A stretch of DNA of 64,000 nucleotides, from NCBI GenBank assembly GCA_951406725.2, contig OX597816.1, positions 161,138,001 through 161,202,000 of the forward strand, read 5' to 3'. Each line of letters starts with the position of its first letter. Position 1 is the stretch's first letter. The position numbers and the translations under genes are program-made. The DNA is from Octopus vulgaris (lineage: Eukaryota). The notes under the pieces were generated by a model that had not been told where the DNA came from, made no database searches, and saw only the letters and a program-made list of their open reading frames with translations. Shown here piece by piece: positions 38,106-51,954 of the stretch.

Positions 38106-38799
38106 ATATAATATATTAACTGGAAGACAGCCCTCTGGGTGGTTTTCTTCTAGTCACTAAATGATATTTACGCATTTGGTTCTAAATTGGTGTAATTTTT
38201 CTGCTATTTGTTTTCAGATCTTCCTTTTTGTCCTTTATTCATCTAATAGTATTTATTCACTCAGTAAATATTTCTTTCATTATTTTATTGCAGTTGTAAT
38301 TTCTCTTCTTGATTATCCACTCAATGATTATCCACCCTCTATATGGTCATTTAATGTGCTAGAAACAGCAGTTGTCATGTGGGTATATTCTAAAGTCTGC
38401 AGCATATGAAGCAGCCATACTAACAAATTCACTTCTGGTTTTTTCTATTTTATTCAAATTATACAAGTATCTCAGGAGGATTTTATTTTATTAAAAATTA
38501 CTCAAATTCCAGAAGTGCAGTTTTCTGCTAGTCACCAGATAATATTTAATTTATGCACTTGATTCCAATTTGTTTAATTTTTCTGATATGTTTTATCTGT
38601 TTATTCCTTTGGAACTCTTATTCATCTAATAACGTTCACTTGTGCAGTAAATAAATGTTGAATAATAGCAAGTACTCAAATGCAGTGTTAGAATTTTTGA
38701 AGAAATCAGATATGTTGACTCAACATAGCCATATAAAAGTCTTCAGTATATCATATACATACACACACACATACACATACACACACACGCATACACATT

Positions 38800-38971
38800 G
38801 AAAGCACCAGCACACACTGTAAAGTGATTGACATTAGGAAAGGCATCCAACTGTAGATACCAAGCCAAGTCAGACTGGAACCTGGCACACCTCTCTAGCT
38901 TATGATCTCTGGTCAAACTCTCCAAACCATGCCAGCATGGAAAATGGACATTAAAGGATGATGATGGTGTT

Positions 38972-39022
<51 letters not shown>

Positions 39023-39422
39023 ATAAAGAGCACCTTTGAGTGTTGGGCCTCACAGAGGAAAAGTGGCTGAGTTCCTTTCAAGCACTGAACCTCATAGAGG
39101 CAAAGTGGCTGAATTCTTTTCAAGCATTGGGCCTTGTGGAGGCAATGACTGAGATCTTTGGCATTATGTTGTGCTTGAGAAGAAGACCCATGAAGCTGAG
39201 CAAAATCCTGGTGACACCCAAATGACACCCATGCTTTTTGCTCGTAAAAGCACCCATTACAGTCTCTGAGTGGTTGATATTAGGAAGGGCATCCAGCTAT
39301 AGAAAGCCATTACAAATTATACTGGAGTCTGGTGCAGCCCTTCCAGCTTACCAGCCCTGGTCAAACCGTCCAGCCCATGCCAGCATGGACAATGGACGTT
39401 AAATGATGATGATGATGATGAT
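38800..39422 (+). mobile_element. two family A LINE fragments; the second retains the ORF2 C-terminus
   Basis: 39028-39190 reads LGLTEE / LGLVEAMT.. then DLWHYVVLEKKT, with an internal ~45-bp triplication; (GAT)n tail at 39422. Confidence 0.75.
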
Positions 39423-39585
39423 GGGCTTCTTTCAGTCTCTGTCTATCAAAATATACTCACAAGGCTTTGGTTGGCCCAGGGCTATAGTAAAAGATACTAC
39501 TTGCTCAAGGTGCCATGCGGTGGGAGTGAACATGGGACCATGTGGTTGGAAAGCAAACTACTTAGCCTCACAATTATTATGCCTG
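39423..39585 (-). mobile_element. family B SINE, 5' half
   Basis: gggcttctttcagt...caaggctttggt...caaggtgccatgc. Confidence 0.75.
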
Positions 39586-40442
39586 TACATCTATGTATAG
39601 AAGAAACGAATGGCTTTTGTGTCGGGACATGTATGAATATTTTGTGAAATTCAGCATGTCATCTTTGATCTGTCTTCTTTTTCGTTGAACCAAAACATTT
39701 ATGGTTAATTTCATTCAGAGAGAGAGAGAAAGAGAGAACTTGAGAGAGAGAAATTGAGAGAGAGAGAAATTGAGAGAGAGAAATTGAGAGAGAGAAATTG
39801 AGAGAGAGGATGGAGGTCATTGCTCATGTAAAGGAATGGACGAATGTATTAAAAGTATTAAAACAGGAATATAAAATATTTCCTGTGACAAGTGAAAAAT
39901 TATCCTTTGGGAGACAAGTAATGAGGATATTCAATGTGAAACTAATCTGGCATCTTAATCTGCTGCATCCCCCTCCCCTCCTAATCAATCTTCTCAATGA
40001 AACTATAAAGCCTTTTTACATTTCTAACATTTGAATTTTGCCGTCTCTTTTCGTTCTCTTCCTAGCTAGTTCTCCCTTTTGACCGGCTTGTTGCACACAC
40101 ACGCGTATGTGTGTGTGTGTGTGACGTGTGTGTGTATGTGTGTGTATTCATCCCTCTTTTCCATTCTCAGTTATCCTTTCTACATTACTTCCTTCTCTCC
40201 TCCTTCCCATATCCCGTTAGTTATCTTGTTGTTGTTGTTGTTGTTGTTATCATCAACTCGTCCTCCCCTTCCTCTTCCTTCTCCTCTTCCCCCCTCCTCC
40301 TCTCCCCTTCCTCATCAGCTTCCCCTTCCTCTTCCGCCTCTACTTCTTCCACTTCCCCTTCCACCTCCCCTTTCCCTTTTCCTCTTCCTCCTCTCCCTCT
40401 TCAAGATTTTCTTTCCATTGGTCTCCCTCTCATTCTCTATCG

Positions 40443-40485
<43 letters not shown>

Positions 40486-41364
40486 ACCCCCTCTCTCAGT
40501 GCCATCCTGTTTCCAATCAATTGCTCCCTATGCTGACTAATCAGGTTCTCTTGTGCTGGTTACCCTGGCACAAGGGGGTGGGTTAGCTCATTTACAACCA
40601 TAATGCACACACATACATAAACACATACAAAAACCCAGAAATACAAATGATAATTTGTAAATACATACTTGAAGATGCAAGCACATGCATGTACATTTAG
40701 ATACTATTAATATAGTATTTATTTATGATTTATGATTCAGTCCTTATAAAAACCCTGAGTGATTCCTGAAGTCCTATATGATTAGATCTTGTATTCTCTA
40801 GTTTGGAGAGGAAGCTTAGCATTTATCTACTGCGCTGGCATTTGGGAAAGGAAGTTTACCATTTATCTATGGCATATATCTTGGATTGATGGATGTGTGT
40901 GTCACATATATGAGTGACTGTATATACATCTTTATCTGCTTGTGTATGTATGTGTGTGCACGTTTATGTATATGTGTGTGTGCATGCATTTATATATATG
41001 TGTATGTATGTATTTATGTATGTATGTATGTGGTTGTGTGTGTGTGTGTCTGTTTCTGAGTAAGTGTGTATGTGAGGGTGTACAATTATATTCACGAATC
41101 AATAATTCTGTCTATACATGTGTGTATGTGTATGTATGTGCACATGTTTCGGCACTCATGTGTATGTGTGTAATTAAGGGTTATAATGTGAGTGTGTATT
41201 TATTTCATCGATTTCCTTATTTTAGTGATTATTTAGTACAAAATTACATATAAGTATATGTATTCATTCATGGGCGTTTTTTCAGTGAGTAATCTAAATG
41301 CAGGTATATTTTTTTAAAAAATATATCTATCACTATCTCTTTATGTATGAATGTATGCCTTCCA

Positions 41365-41415
<51 letters not shown>

Positions 41416-41440
41416 ATATATTTACATACATACATCATAC

Positions 41441-41503
<63 letters not shown>

Positions 41504-41799
41504 CACACATATACATACAATATATTTACATGCATACATACATAGATACATACATATATATGTGTGGGTATATGTGTGTATAAATATACACACATGCATA
41601 CAATCTATATGCATACATATATGTATATGTATATGTACATACATGCATACATATATTTATATATGCACTCACAAACTGATGAAAGATAAACAAATGGCAT
41701 CATACTCCATTGGAAACGCTATTGAAAATAAATAGCAAAACTACATGAAAAGGAAATTAAACCTGTCTTTTTTAGCTTATCCTTATCATTGTCTTGAAT

Positions 41800-42111
41800 A
41801 GGTGCTGGCATGGATGTTTGGTAAGAGGTTTGCTTCCCAACCACATGGTTTTGGGTTCAATCTCAGTGTGTTACATTGGGCAAGTGTCTTCTACTATAGC
41901 CTCAAGCCAGCCAAAACCTTGTGAGTGGATTTGGTAGAAAAAAACTAACAAAATCCTATCATGTGCACACATGTATATGTATGTGTGTATATATATATTC
42001 TTTTATGTGTTTCAGCTGAGTGGCTGTGGTCATGCTGGAGTACCACCATGAATATATGTATGTATGTGTGTGTATGTATGTATGTATGTGTGTGTGTGCG
42101 TGCGTGCGCAT

Positions 42112-42159
<48 letters not shown>

Positions 42160-42375
42160 CTCTTTACCTTTTGCCTTGATATTTTGAGGTAGTTGTAAGT
42201 GAGTGCCAACATCATGCAAACGGTGTCCGTTGTTTCCAACCTTTTGAGAAAACATGTCTGCTTTTGGGGAAATATTGCCTTACTTGGAAACAGATGAGGT
42301 TAAGTGACAGGAAGAGCATCTGGTCATAGAAAATTGGATTCAACAAATTCTGTCTGACTCATGTGAGCATAGAAT
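41800..42375 (+). mobile_element. family B head + microsatellite + alternative tail (family F)
   Basis: tRNA/CORE head at 41800-41960; tail 42160-42375 with gacaggaagagcatctggtcatagaaaa, shared with 58105-58330 and partly with 53590-53745. Confidence 0.6.
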
Positions 42376-42440
42376 GCCATTGTTGCTTGCTGATTGTATA
42401 TATATGTTTATTTATAAATGGGCATTAAATGGTGAATGAT

Positions 42441-43034
42441 ATCATCATCATCATTTAACATCCGCTTTCCATGCTGGCATGGGTTGGACGGTTCAACTGG
42501 GGTCTGGGAAGCCAGAAGGCTGCACCAGGCCCAGTCTGATCTGGCAGTGTTTCTACAGCTGGATGCCCTTCCTAACGCCAACCACTCTGTGAGTGTAGTG
42601 GGTGCTTTGTACGTGCCAGACGAGGCTGGCAAACGGCCACGATCGGATGGTGCTTTTTACGTGCCACCGGCACAGGGACTAGACAAAGCTGGCAATGGCC
42701 ACGGTCAGATGGTGCTTTTTACGTGCCACCAGCATGGAGGCCAGTCGGGCGGCGCTGGCTACGGCCACATTCGGATGGCTCTCTTACGTGCCACTGGCAC
42801 TGGTATCACAGCTACAAATTCCATTGATGTTGATAGATTACGATTTTGATTTTCACTTGCCTCAACAGGTCTTCACAAGTGGAGTTTTGTGTCCTAAGAA
42901 GGAAAGGAATGCATAAGTGGACTGGCTACATCCCAGGTGTAGGCCACGGGATTATGGCCTCACTTGTCCTGCCGGGTCTTCTCATGCACAGCATACTTTC
43001 ATAGGTCTCGGTCTCTACTCATTTCCTCGGTGAG
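42441..43034 (-). mobile_element. longest family A copy: RTE LINE ORF2 end plus complete 3'UTR
   Basis: 43034-42960 translates LTEEMSRDRDL*KYAVHEKTRQDK* (DRxxWxxxV, RTE C-terminus), followed by four repeat units, the shared block and a (GAT)n tail. Confidence 0.85.
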
Positions 43035-43290
43035 ATATATGTATATAATCCAAAACTAAGGAATGGAGTAGATAAAATCCAGGCTACATATGTTTCATAG
43101 CTAGCAGAACCTTGGAAGTAGTAATTACCCAAACAAGAGGTAGTCTACTTGCTACTCATTGGACCAAAGATACTTTTGTCAAATGAAAGTTACTTTGTCG
43201 TCAAGGGATCCTGTGTTGATTCACAGGAGATTTGATTGAAAATCTATGAATAGCATAACTTGGTTCATAGTAAGATATACAAAACCATAC

Positions 43291-43341
43291 AATATAATTT
43301 CCGGGAGATGCCATCTTTGCTCCAAGAAATCCCTGTCTATT
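43291..43341 (-). other. weak candidate exon with start codon (MASPGNYI)
   Basis: Acceptor ttgttagtccacag|, start context aagATGG, donor |gtatgg; an upstream donor AT|gtaagt lies at 43785. Confidence 0.3.
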
Positions 43342-44043
43342 CTGTGGACTAACAAGATCATTAATAGAATTTCTGAGTGACTCTTGAGATGCCAACACGC
43401 ATATAAATGTACTTTTACACAATGCAGTAGGAATAAATTTTGAGCAACTGTTAACTTAACTTAATTTACTTAAAGGTATGGATGACAAGTTTACTTTTAA
43501 TCTCCCTTACAAACACCAAATAGATAGTTAACTCGCTTAGTGATCATGAGTGCATATACTCACATTTTTGCGGATGCTTGTATGAACGGATGTACTTGTG
43601 TCATGCAGCTTGCCTAAGGGTGTTTATACATCCATATCTGTTAATGGTTATTTTTAATACTTTTCTCGCTGGATTGCGTGTTTGTTTCTCATTTTGCCAT
43701 CTGTGATTTTATTTTTGATCTGCTATATAAATGAATATATTTCCTCCGTCTGGCTGCTTTTCTTTCCACAAAACAAAAACTTACATTGCGGAACTGTTAT
43801 ATTAATAAGTTGTATTTATTTATCACGCAATGAAATACATCTGCATCTGCACCACTGGATGCTCCTGAACCAGTTGTTGAGTGTCCCAACCATGAGGGAT
43901 TGATGGGAGGTGTGTCAAAACAATTGTCAATAATAAATTTTTGTATATTCCATCTTCTGTCTTTCATTTGCCATGTATAAAATGTGTGAGTGTTATCAAC
44001 CATGTATACTTAATGCATATAGCTGCTGTATTTGCCAGTAGGC

Positions 44044-44117
44044 TGTGATCTGAAGCAGTGGAGATTACTCTTTCAAACTGCTGGGTGAGAGTGTAATCTC
44101 CACCATGCCAAATCACA
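44044..44117. ncRNA. pre-miRNA-like hairpin (candidate)
   Basis: About 30 paired positions with a 10-nt loop, in non-repetitive sequence. Confidence 0.35.
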
Positions 44118-44305
44118 AACCATGTACATTAACTATATGTGGTTGATAATATTTGTTACACTATGTAAGAAAGTGCTAATTTTGTTAAAATACCATAATA
44201 AAAAACGTGCAAACCAGACTATGTTATTCAACCTATATATTATTCTATATTATTCTATACGTATTCACACAAATTCTAAACAAAATATATATATAAATAT
44301 ATATA

Positions 44306-44488
44306 AATATATTCTTTAGGAAGTTGGAAGTTATGGCCAGTCATAGAGTGACCATTGGTTTCATACCAATAAAGTGCGTAGCAGTATAGTCAACTCATCA
44401 GACTGCTGCCTATACTGCGCTTTATAGGTGCAAAATCAATGGTCACTTTATGACTGGCTGTAACTTTTAACTTCCTGAAAACTATATT
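44306..44488. mobile_element. palindromic MITE-like element
   Basis: About 70-bp imperfect arms, aggaagtt..aagtta..gccagtcata.agtgaccattg, and their reverse complement. Confidence 0.7.
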
Positions 44489-44559
44489 ACTACTCTAATG
44501 CTTTAGAGTGCACTTGTTTTTTGCATATAAGAACTACTGATAATATATATAAAGATATA

Positions 44560-44852
44560 CAGGGTGCGATGAATAAACTGTTGTCTAAGTTATGTAAAGA
44601 TGAAAATAACACTGACATTTCATTTTAACAGCTATAGTTACAAAAAATTACATAAAAATATCTTGAAATACTAAAGAGTAAATTTACTTAATAAAATTCG
44701 TCATCGGCTTCAACCATGGCCTCTTGACGACTTTGGAATTTGCTGTAACTTTTCTGGATGGTCTCTTTGTTTAAGTTGGTGAATGCTGCCATAATCCTTG
44801 CCTTCAGTTCATCTTTGGTGTTACAAGTTTTGTTGCTCAACTGTGCCTCACA
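44560..44852 (-). mobile_element. maT transposon 3' end with TIR
   Basis: TA|CAGGGTGCGAT TIR, the same as at 25557; NTKDELKARIMAAFTN segment matches 24820-24995. Confidence 0.85.
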
Positions 44853-45589
44853 GTTCTTAAGCACACAGATATACCTTTTCCCATAAAAAAGATGTTGTAT
44901 AAAAAAATACCTTGAGGTATTTTGGTCATTCCAAGTTATCTCCCTTTGTGTCTAAGCTACTGTAGTGTAGCTTAGGGTCAAAATCTGTTTTGCCCAGTAA
45001 CAAGAAATAGTCCATGGTATATCAGGCAACTTGTCCTGAATTTCCAGCCACTCATATTACAGCTGCAATCATTCAATTGTGTGTCCTCTAGTAGAATTTT
45101 CCATGTCTTTCCCCCCAAAACTTGGCTATAATTTGAGTTGTGTATCACAATCAAACCAGAAGTTTAAGATGGTTTTTGAGAAGACAGAGGAACTCAGGAT
45201 TCCTGGCCACTGTTCAACTAGTGTTTAGATGAATAACGTTGTCTACAATGCTTTTTTCTAACCATGTACCATGAACACAATATCCTCACCTCTTGCAACG
45301 ACATGAATAAGTAACTGTTAAATTTTTAACTGAAACATGACATGTCTTTATGTCTCACTGCTAGTAACCTCCCAGCAAGTAACTGTTGTAAATATTATTA
45401 AATTATGTATAAATAAATGTTCTCATCAAAATCTAAAATGGACTTGGTTGTATTTGGGGAACAGCAAGCAACCAAATTCAACTCTACTATCTATTCAACA
45501 TCCAGCTAACCAAAATTTCCACACTACGTTGTTCTTTACAAGACCAATAAAATAAGTACAGTAATCTTTTTTTTTGTTTTTTTTTTTCT

Positions 45590-46022
45590 TTTCTGCTCTA
45601 GGCACAAACCTGAAATCTTTGAGAGGGTGGGGGCAGTCGATTAGATCGAGCCCAGTACACAACTGGTACTTAATTTATCAGTCCCGAAAGGATGAAAGAC
45701 AAAGTCGACCTTGGCGGAATTTGATCTCAGAATGTAAAGACAGACAAAATACCGCTAAGTGGTGTGCTAATGTTTCTGCTAGCTCGCTGCCTTAAAATAT
45801 TCTTTACCTTTCTACTCTAGGCATGAGGCCTGAAATTTTGGGGGAGGGGGCCAGTTGATTAGCTCAAACCCAGTATGCAACTGGTACTTAATTTATCGAC
45901 CCCGAAATAATGAAAAGTAAAGTCAACCTTGGTGGCATTTGAACTAAAGAATGTAAAGACAGACAAAATATCGCTAAGCATTTCGCCCAGTGTGCTAATG
46001 TTTCTTCCAGCTCGCCACCTTA
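45590..46022 (-). mobile_element. two tandem family C SINEs
   Basis: 45590-45793 and 45805-46022, each with actggtacttaatttatc..cccgaaa..atgaaa. Confidence 0.85.
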
Positions 46023-46031
46023 AAATGAATA

Positions 46032-46578
46032 CAATAATGCTTCAATATATGATTTAATTTGTTCCCAGAGGTTGCTCATAAAGCAAAAGCTCATAAAGCA
46101 GAGCAGTAATTTCCCATTGTAGCAATGTTATGAATCGTAATTTGTTCTTAGAAAAATATTTTACCTATAAAATTTATCATACTTGAAAATAAATGGCAAT
46201 AAAACTACAGTAGAGTGTAAAGAATATTTTATGTAAAGTAAAAGGAATATCAAGATCATTTATAATAAAAAATAATATTATTATAATCGTTTTCTGAATC
46301 ACTTTCACTAGAACTAGACTAACGCATACCATCACTTGTAGACGCGATTGATGATTAACAAGCACTCATAGACAGACTTGTAGATTTCTTTTTAAAAAAC
46401 AAGTCTAGAGTTGCTTGCTTAGAAGCTCTCTATAAATTTCTCAGTAACACGCAGAAGCATTTGTTATGGTACTAGAAACTTTTGCATGTTGTTCAAAATT
46501 TGGATCTTGTGCTTGAAAAATAAAACTCGTAGACATGGGGTCTCATAAATCAGGTCCCCATAAAGTGAGGTATTACTG
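46032..46578. mobile_element. Tigger/pogo-like MITE, decayed
   Basis: TA|CAATAATGCTTCAATATATG ... CATAAAGTGAGGTATTACTG|TA. Confidence 0.5.
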
Positions 46579-46939
46579 TACCTGACTAAGTATTACAATT
46601 GATATTCCTTTGAAGGTGATTCTCTAGCTTGACCACAGCTGAAAGATGGAAACCAGTAAAAGAATATCTCATTATATGGAATGTTTTAGTTTTATAAAAT
46701 AAATAATCACTTGAAATATCTTCTCAGCATTATCAACCAGGTGCAGCTGAAAATTATTTCTTATAACATGCACTTCATTTTATTCTCCAATTCCTCTACA
46801 TGGTTCTACTTATGCTTTAAGAATATTTGGCTTTTTCTTCTTTTCATATGTAAGAGTTTGTAATATTCAGAATGGTACAGGAGCACAATGACCCCAAATT
46901 TTAATGTGTTTTGATAATTAAGACATGAAAATTATAATT

Positions 46940-46985
<46 letters not shown>

Positions 46986-47316
46986 TGTGTGTGTATATAT
47001 ATATATGTATGTGTGTGTGTATATACACACACGGACGTTAAACGATAATGATAATGATGATTTCTCTATTATGTTGGTGCTGTACAATGGTTTAATTATG
47101 ACTTTAGCTCTTATTTCTAGCAGGTGCATGCTTTTATGCATCCTTATGCTTAGTGCAAATTTGTAAATTATAGCTAAATAATGCTATTTGCCTGCGGACC
47201 CCTATGTTACTTCTGGTGATACCATCAATTTTAAATTTTATCACAGATGATATTAACAGTAGTGACATCTTATTTCAAATCTTAGTGTTTGAATGTTCTG
47301 TTTATATATATATATA

Positions 47317-47424
<108 letters not shown>

Positions 47425-47495
47425 CATACATACATATATATATATATACACATATATATAAAAATATATATATATATATATAACGAAGAAAAAAG

Positions 47496-47538
<43 letters not shown>

Positions 47539-47647
47539 CATACATACATACATACATACATGTATGTATGTATGTATGTATGTATGTATGTATGTATGTA
47601 TGTATGTATGTATGTATGTATGTATGTATGTATCTTTTATCTCCCAT

Positions 47648-48045
47648 CTTTTACTTGTTTCAATCATTTGACTGCAGCCATGCTGGGCACTGCTTTGAAA
47701 TTTTAGTCGAATGTATCAATTCCAGTACTTATATCATATCTCAAAGCCTGGTACTTGCTCTATTGGTCTCATGTGCTGAACCTCTAAGTCACAGGGACAT
47801 AAACAAATCAGCTGCAGTTGTTAAGCAGCGGTGGGGGACAATCACAGACACAAAGAAACATACACACATATAAATTTATATACAACAGTCTTCTTTCAGT
47901 TTCTGTCTGCCAAATCCACTCACAGGGCTTTGGTCAGCCTGAGACTATAGTAGAAGACACTTGCACAAGGTGCCATGCAGTGGGACTGAACCCAGAACCT
48001 TGTGGTTAAGAAGCAAGCTTCTTACCACACAGCCACACCTGCACC
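47648..48045 (-). mobile_element. family B SINE, full length
   Basis: Tail, centre and head match the other family B copies. Confidence 0.85.
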
Positions 48046-48112
<67 letters not shown>

Positions 48113-48462
48113 ATGTATGTATGTATGTATGTGTGTGTTTGTGTGTGTGAAGGCATGTCACTTAGTGGTTAGGGCATTCGGCTCATGATCATAAGGTTAT
48201 TGTAACAGACATTATTCTACCTAACCTATTATGTTATCAAAAAAATTAACAACCATATATATATATGTATATATATATACACACATATACATACATACAT
48301 ATATATATATTTTTATGTATATATATATATATGTATATTGCTTCCATTTCCTGAGCGCCTATTAATAATAATACTGTAATTGTTCCATTGTTGTTGTTTT
48401 TCTGTTTTCCTGTTTGGATTAAAATTATATATATATATATTTATGTATATATATATGTATAG

Positions 48463-48495
<33 letters not shown>

Positions 48496-48703
48496 ATTTA
48501 CCACATGAACTACGATGAAAAATATATGAGAAAGACATAGTACGTAAAATTTTTGTGCAGGGGTTCCTTGAGGCATGTAATTTATTTTAAGGGTTACACA
48601 AGGGTAAAAAGGATGAGAAACACTAGCCGGTGTTAAAAATTCTTCTCAGTATCTTAGTTTATAATATACATATGAAGCTAATGTATAAGAAATATTATTA
48701 CCT

Positions 48704-49370
48704 TTACCTTAGCGAAGGTGGAGGTATTGTTTACAGTCGTGTTTATTTGTTTGTATGTCCGTGGACAAGATATCTCAAGAACCGCTTGATGGACTTGGAT
48801 GAAACTTTCAGAGATATTTGGCCTTGTTACTGGCACAAACTGATTAGATTTTGGTATCAATCTAGTGCTGGACAAGGATTCTGGATTATTTTTCTTGTTT
48901 TTTTTTTTTTTTTTACTTTACATGTATATGTAGAGTTTCACATAGTTCTCTTGTACATGCACAAATATACTCACACTTTATCGGCTTTTTTGCTCCTTCC
49001 TTTGTTATTCATCTATCATCCCTTCCTTTCTTATTCATATGACTCTCTCTTTGCCACTTCATTTCGTCTTTCTCATTGTCATTACTTTCCCTCACTCCGT
49101 CTCAGTCATTTACTCAGTGTATTACTCGCACTACTTCTCCTTCACTGTATTAGTATTTCATCTCCTCTCCCTTCACCTCTCGATCAATATATATATATTT
49201 TTTGGGGGATTATTTTCCCGTTTGACAGCCATCAGGTTCATTTTTAGTATTCTCATTTGTGAGAGCTGTTGATTTCATTTCAGATATTCTTATTTAAAAA
49301 TCATCTCTGGCTAATCGTTGAGAGGACTTTGGTGTTGCCTTGGTGGAGATTTGTGCTGAGTGCTCTTGTT
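48704..49370 (+). mobile_element. Helentron/HINE-like non-autonomous element with an unrelated pyrimidine-rich internal segment
   Basis: 5' ttaccttagcgaaggtggaggtattgttt...gatgaaacttt; 3' ccttggtggagatttgtgctgagtgctcttgtt; ends resemble DINE-1/HINE-type elements as I recall them. Confidence 0.55.
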
Positions 49371-49597
49371 TTATTATTATTTCTGGGTTATTTTAACAAT
49401 TTCTTGTTTGCAAATTTTGAAAATACAGCATATAAGATATATATTTATGTATATCTTTTCCCCATGGCACTGGATCTTAAAGCTGAATAGAAAATGAAGA
49501 TGATATTGATGTATTCAAGATATTCAAGATGAAGATGTGACAATCTCGTTAAGAATGACAATTTGTTAAACAGGATTAAGTTACTACAACTGGATAC

Positions 49598-49735
49598 CAA
49601 TAGAAATAGCAAAATATTTGTGGAAGATATGTTGCATTAATATGTATCTCATCTACATCACTAATGAATCTTGGAATAGCATGAACATCGCAGTATCCAT
49701 TTATTATTCCTTCCGACAAAATCAGTGGTGCTAGT
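49598..49735 (-). other. weak candidate 138-nt exon
   Basis: Minus polypyrimidine tract then caatag|; open frame [45 protein letters not shown]; donor TG|gtatcc; phase 2-2. Confidence 0.3.
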
Positions 49736-51954
49736 CTATTGATGTTGAAAGGAAAGAAAAAACAAACAAACAGATTATGTGCGTGTCTGAGTGTGTCATT
49801 GGGAAAATGATAATGTTTGTGTGTAAACACGGATGAATACTTAAATTATATATGCCTAATCTGTAAGTGTGCATGGATGTATCTGAAAGTGAATGTGTGT
49901 GTGTGTATGTATGTATGTATGTATGTATGTATGTATGTATATATATATGTATGTATATGTATGTATGTATATATATATATGTATGTATGTATACGTATGT
50001 ATGTATGTATATATATATATATATGTATGTATGTATATATATATGTATATATATGTATGTATATATATATATGTATATATATGTATGTGTATATATATAT
50101 ATGTACATATACATATATATTATTATATATATATATATAAGATATACATAATATATATACACACATCTACATGCATACAAACAAATATATAAATATATGT
50201 GTGTGTGTATATATATATACACACACACATTGTCACTAAGTTTCAGTGAATGCAATAAGGAATGAGTCACATCAAAACAAAGATATATGTATATATGTGT
50301 GTGTGTGTGTACGTACATATAGTGTAATCAAACTAATCATATTGATTTCCTTGCATAGGTACAAGGTGTCAAAAGTTCTGATGTTCATGCCATTTTCAAA
50401 AGGTATTAGCAATGTGAATGAAGTTAGATGACTTTTATGCAATTCTACTCCTCCTATTTCCTCTATTCACTGTTGCCAATCATAGACCCATACTAAGTAC
50501 TTCCTTTTCATAACCGTATCTCTTTCAAACTGCCTTTTTTTTTTTCCCTATTTCTCTGTGTGTGTCTCTCTCTGTCTCTCTCTCTCTATATATATATCAT
50601 TTGTTCTCCCCACACTCCAACCCTTAACTTTCAATAGTTTCAAATTGAATATAAACTGTATTGATCTCATCCAGCTGTCCTTATCCTTCACCCTAAAAGG
50701 GTCTGGAAAAGCAATAGACTGATCAGTCTCTTATTGATTTTAATACAAACTACAAAAAAAAAATAACAACAACAATAATCAAAAAAATCCCTTTAAAATC
50801 GAAGCTAGTTCATGGAGTCACCTCACAGAGATTTATATCTACTTCATAGCTTTTTCTATTCAATTCTACTGTTTTTTAGGCTTTTTAAAAAATTTTATTA
50901 TTATTTATTTGTTTGTAAAATTTTCTTATTTATTCATCGGAATATCAGACTTTTTGTAAGTTTGACCTTCATTAGCGGCAACAGATTTCCCATTGGATTC
51001 ATGATTCAACCCCCTAAATTCATGATTCATACCAGTCTCATGAACATCTTGGTTGTTTTATTGTCCCTCAATGAATTTTCTACAACTTGGATATATAATA
51101 GCCTAGGCTTTAGCTTTTATACTTGCTCAAGCAGGCGTTTCTTGTTTTTGTTGTTGCTTTTGGCAGTTTTTCAGTTTTCACTCTTGGTATACTTGTATTT
51201 TGTGTTTGTGTGTATTAATGTGTGAGCGAGGGTCATTGAAAGAGAAAGCAGGAAAGAAAGAGAGAGAGAGAGAAAGAGAGAGAGGGGAGAGAGAGAGAGA
51301 GAGAGAAGGTATATGTATATAATTTAGAGTGAATGTGTTATGAATGAGTTTGTACATAGTGTCTCATCATAATTGCTGTCATTGTCATCGTCATCATCAC
51401 ATCATCATCATCACCACCACCACCACCACCATCATCACCTGCTTTTTTATGCCTGCATGAGTTGGATGTGTGTGTGTGTGTACACGTACTTACATGCATA
51501 CATATACATACATATATACATTCATGCACACACACATGTTATCATCATCTTTTAATGTTCGTCTTCCATGCTGACACATGCTGGATGGTTTGATGGGTTT
51601 ACAGGACTATCTCATGTACCGATCTCTGCTTTGACATGGTGTTCTACAGCTGGATGCCCTTCCTATTGCCAAGCACTCTACAAACTGTACAGGGTGCTTC
51701 CTTCCACAGCACCACCACTAGCAAGGTCACCATGTTGCTTGCAAGGTTAATCTTCCATCAAATGAGTGATCTTACAGTAGTGAGGGCGATCGCTTTATGT
51801 TAGGTGATGAAAGGTTGGAAGAAGCTGGAACAGGCTTCTATCCGCAGAGACAATTCATGGCTGCTCACATCATACATTTGTGTTGACTTGGACTTGTAGT
51901 TACACCCAAAGAAGGATTTGCTTTTGTGTGTGTGTGTGTGTAGGAAAGAATCAT

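Noticed and set aside
48630-49247. 205-aa hydrophobic ORF
   Set aside because: It lies almost entirely within the Helentron-like element and T-rich sequence, with no recognisable domain.
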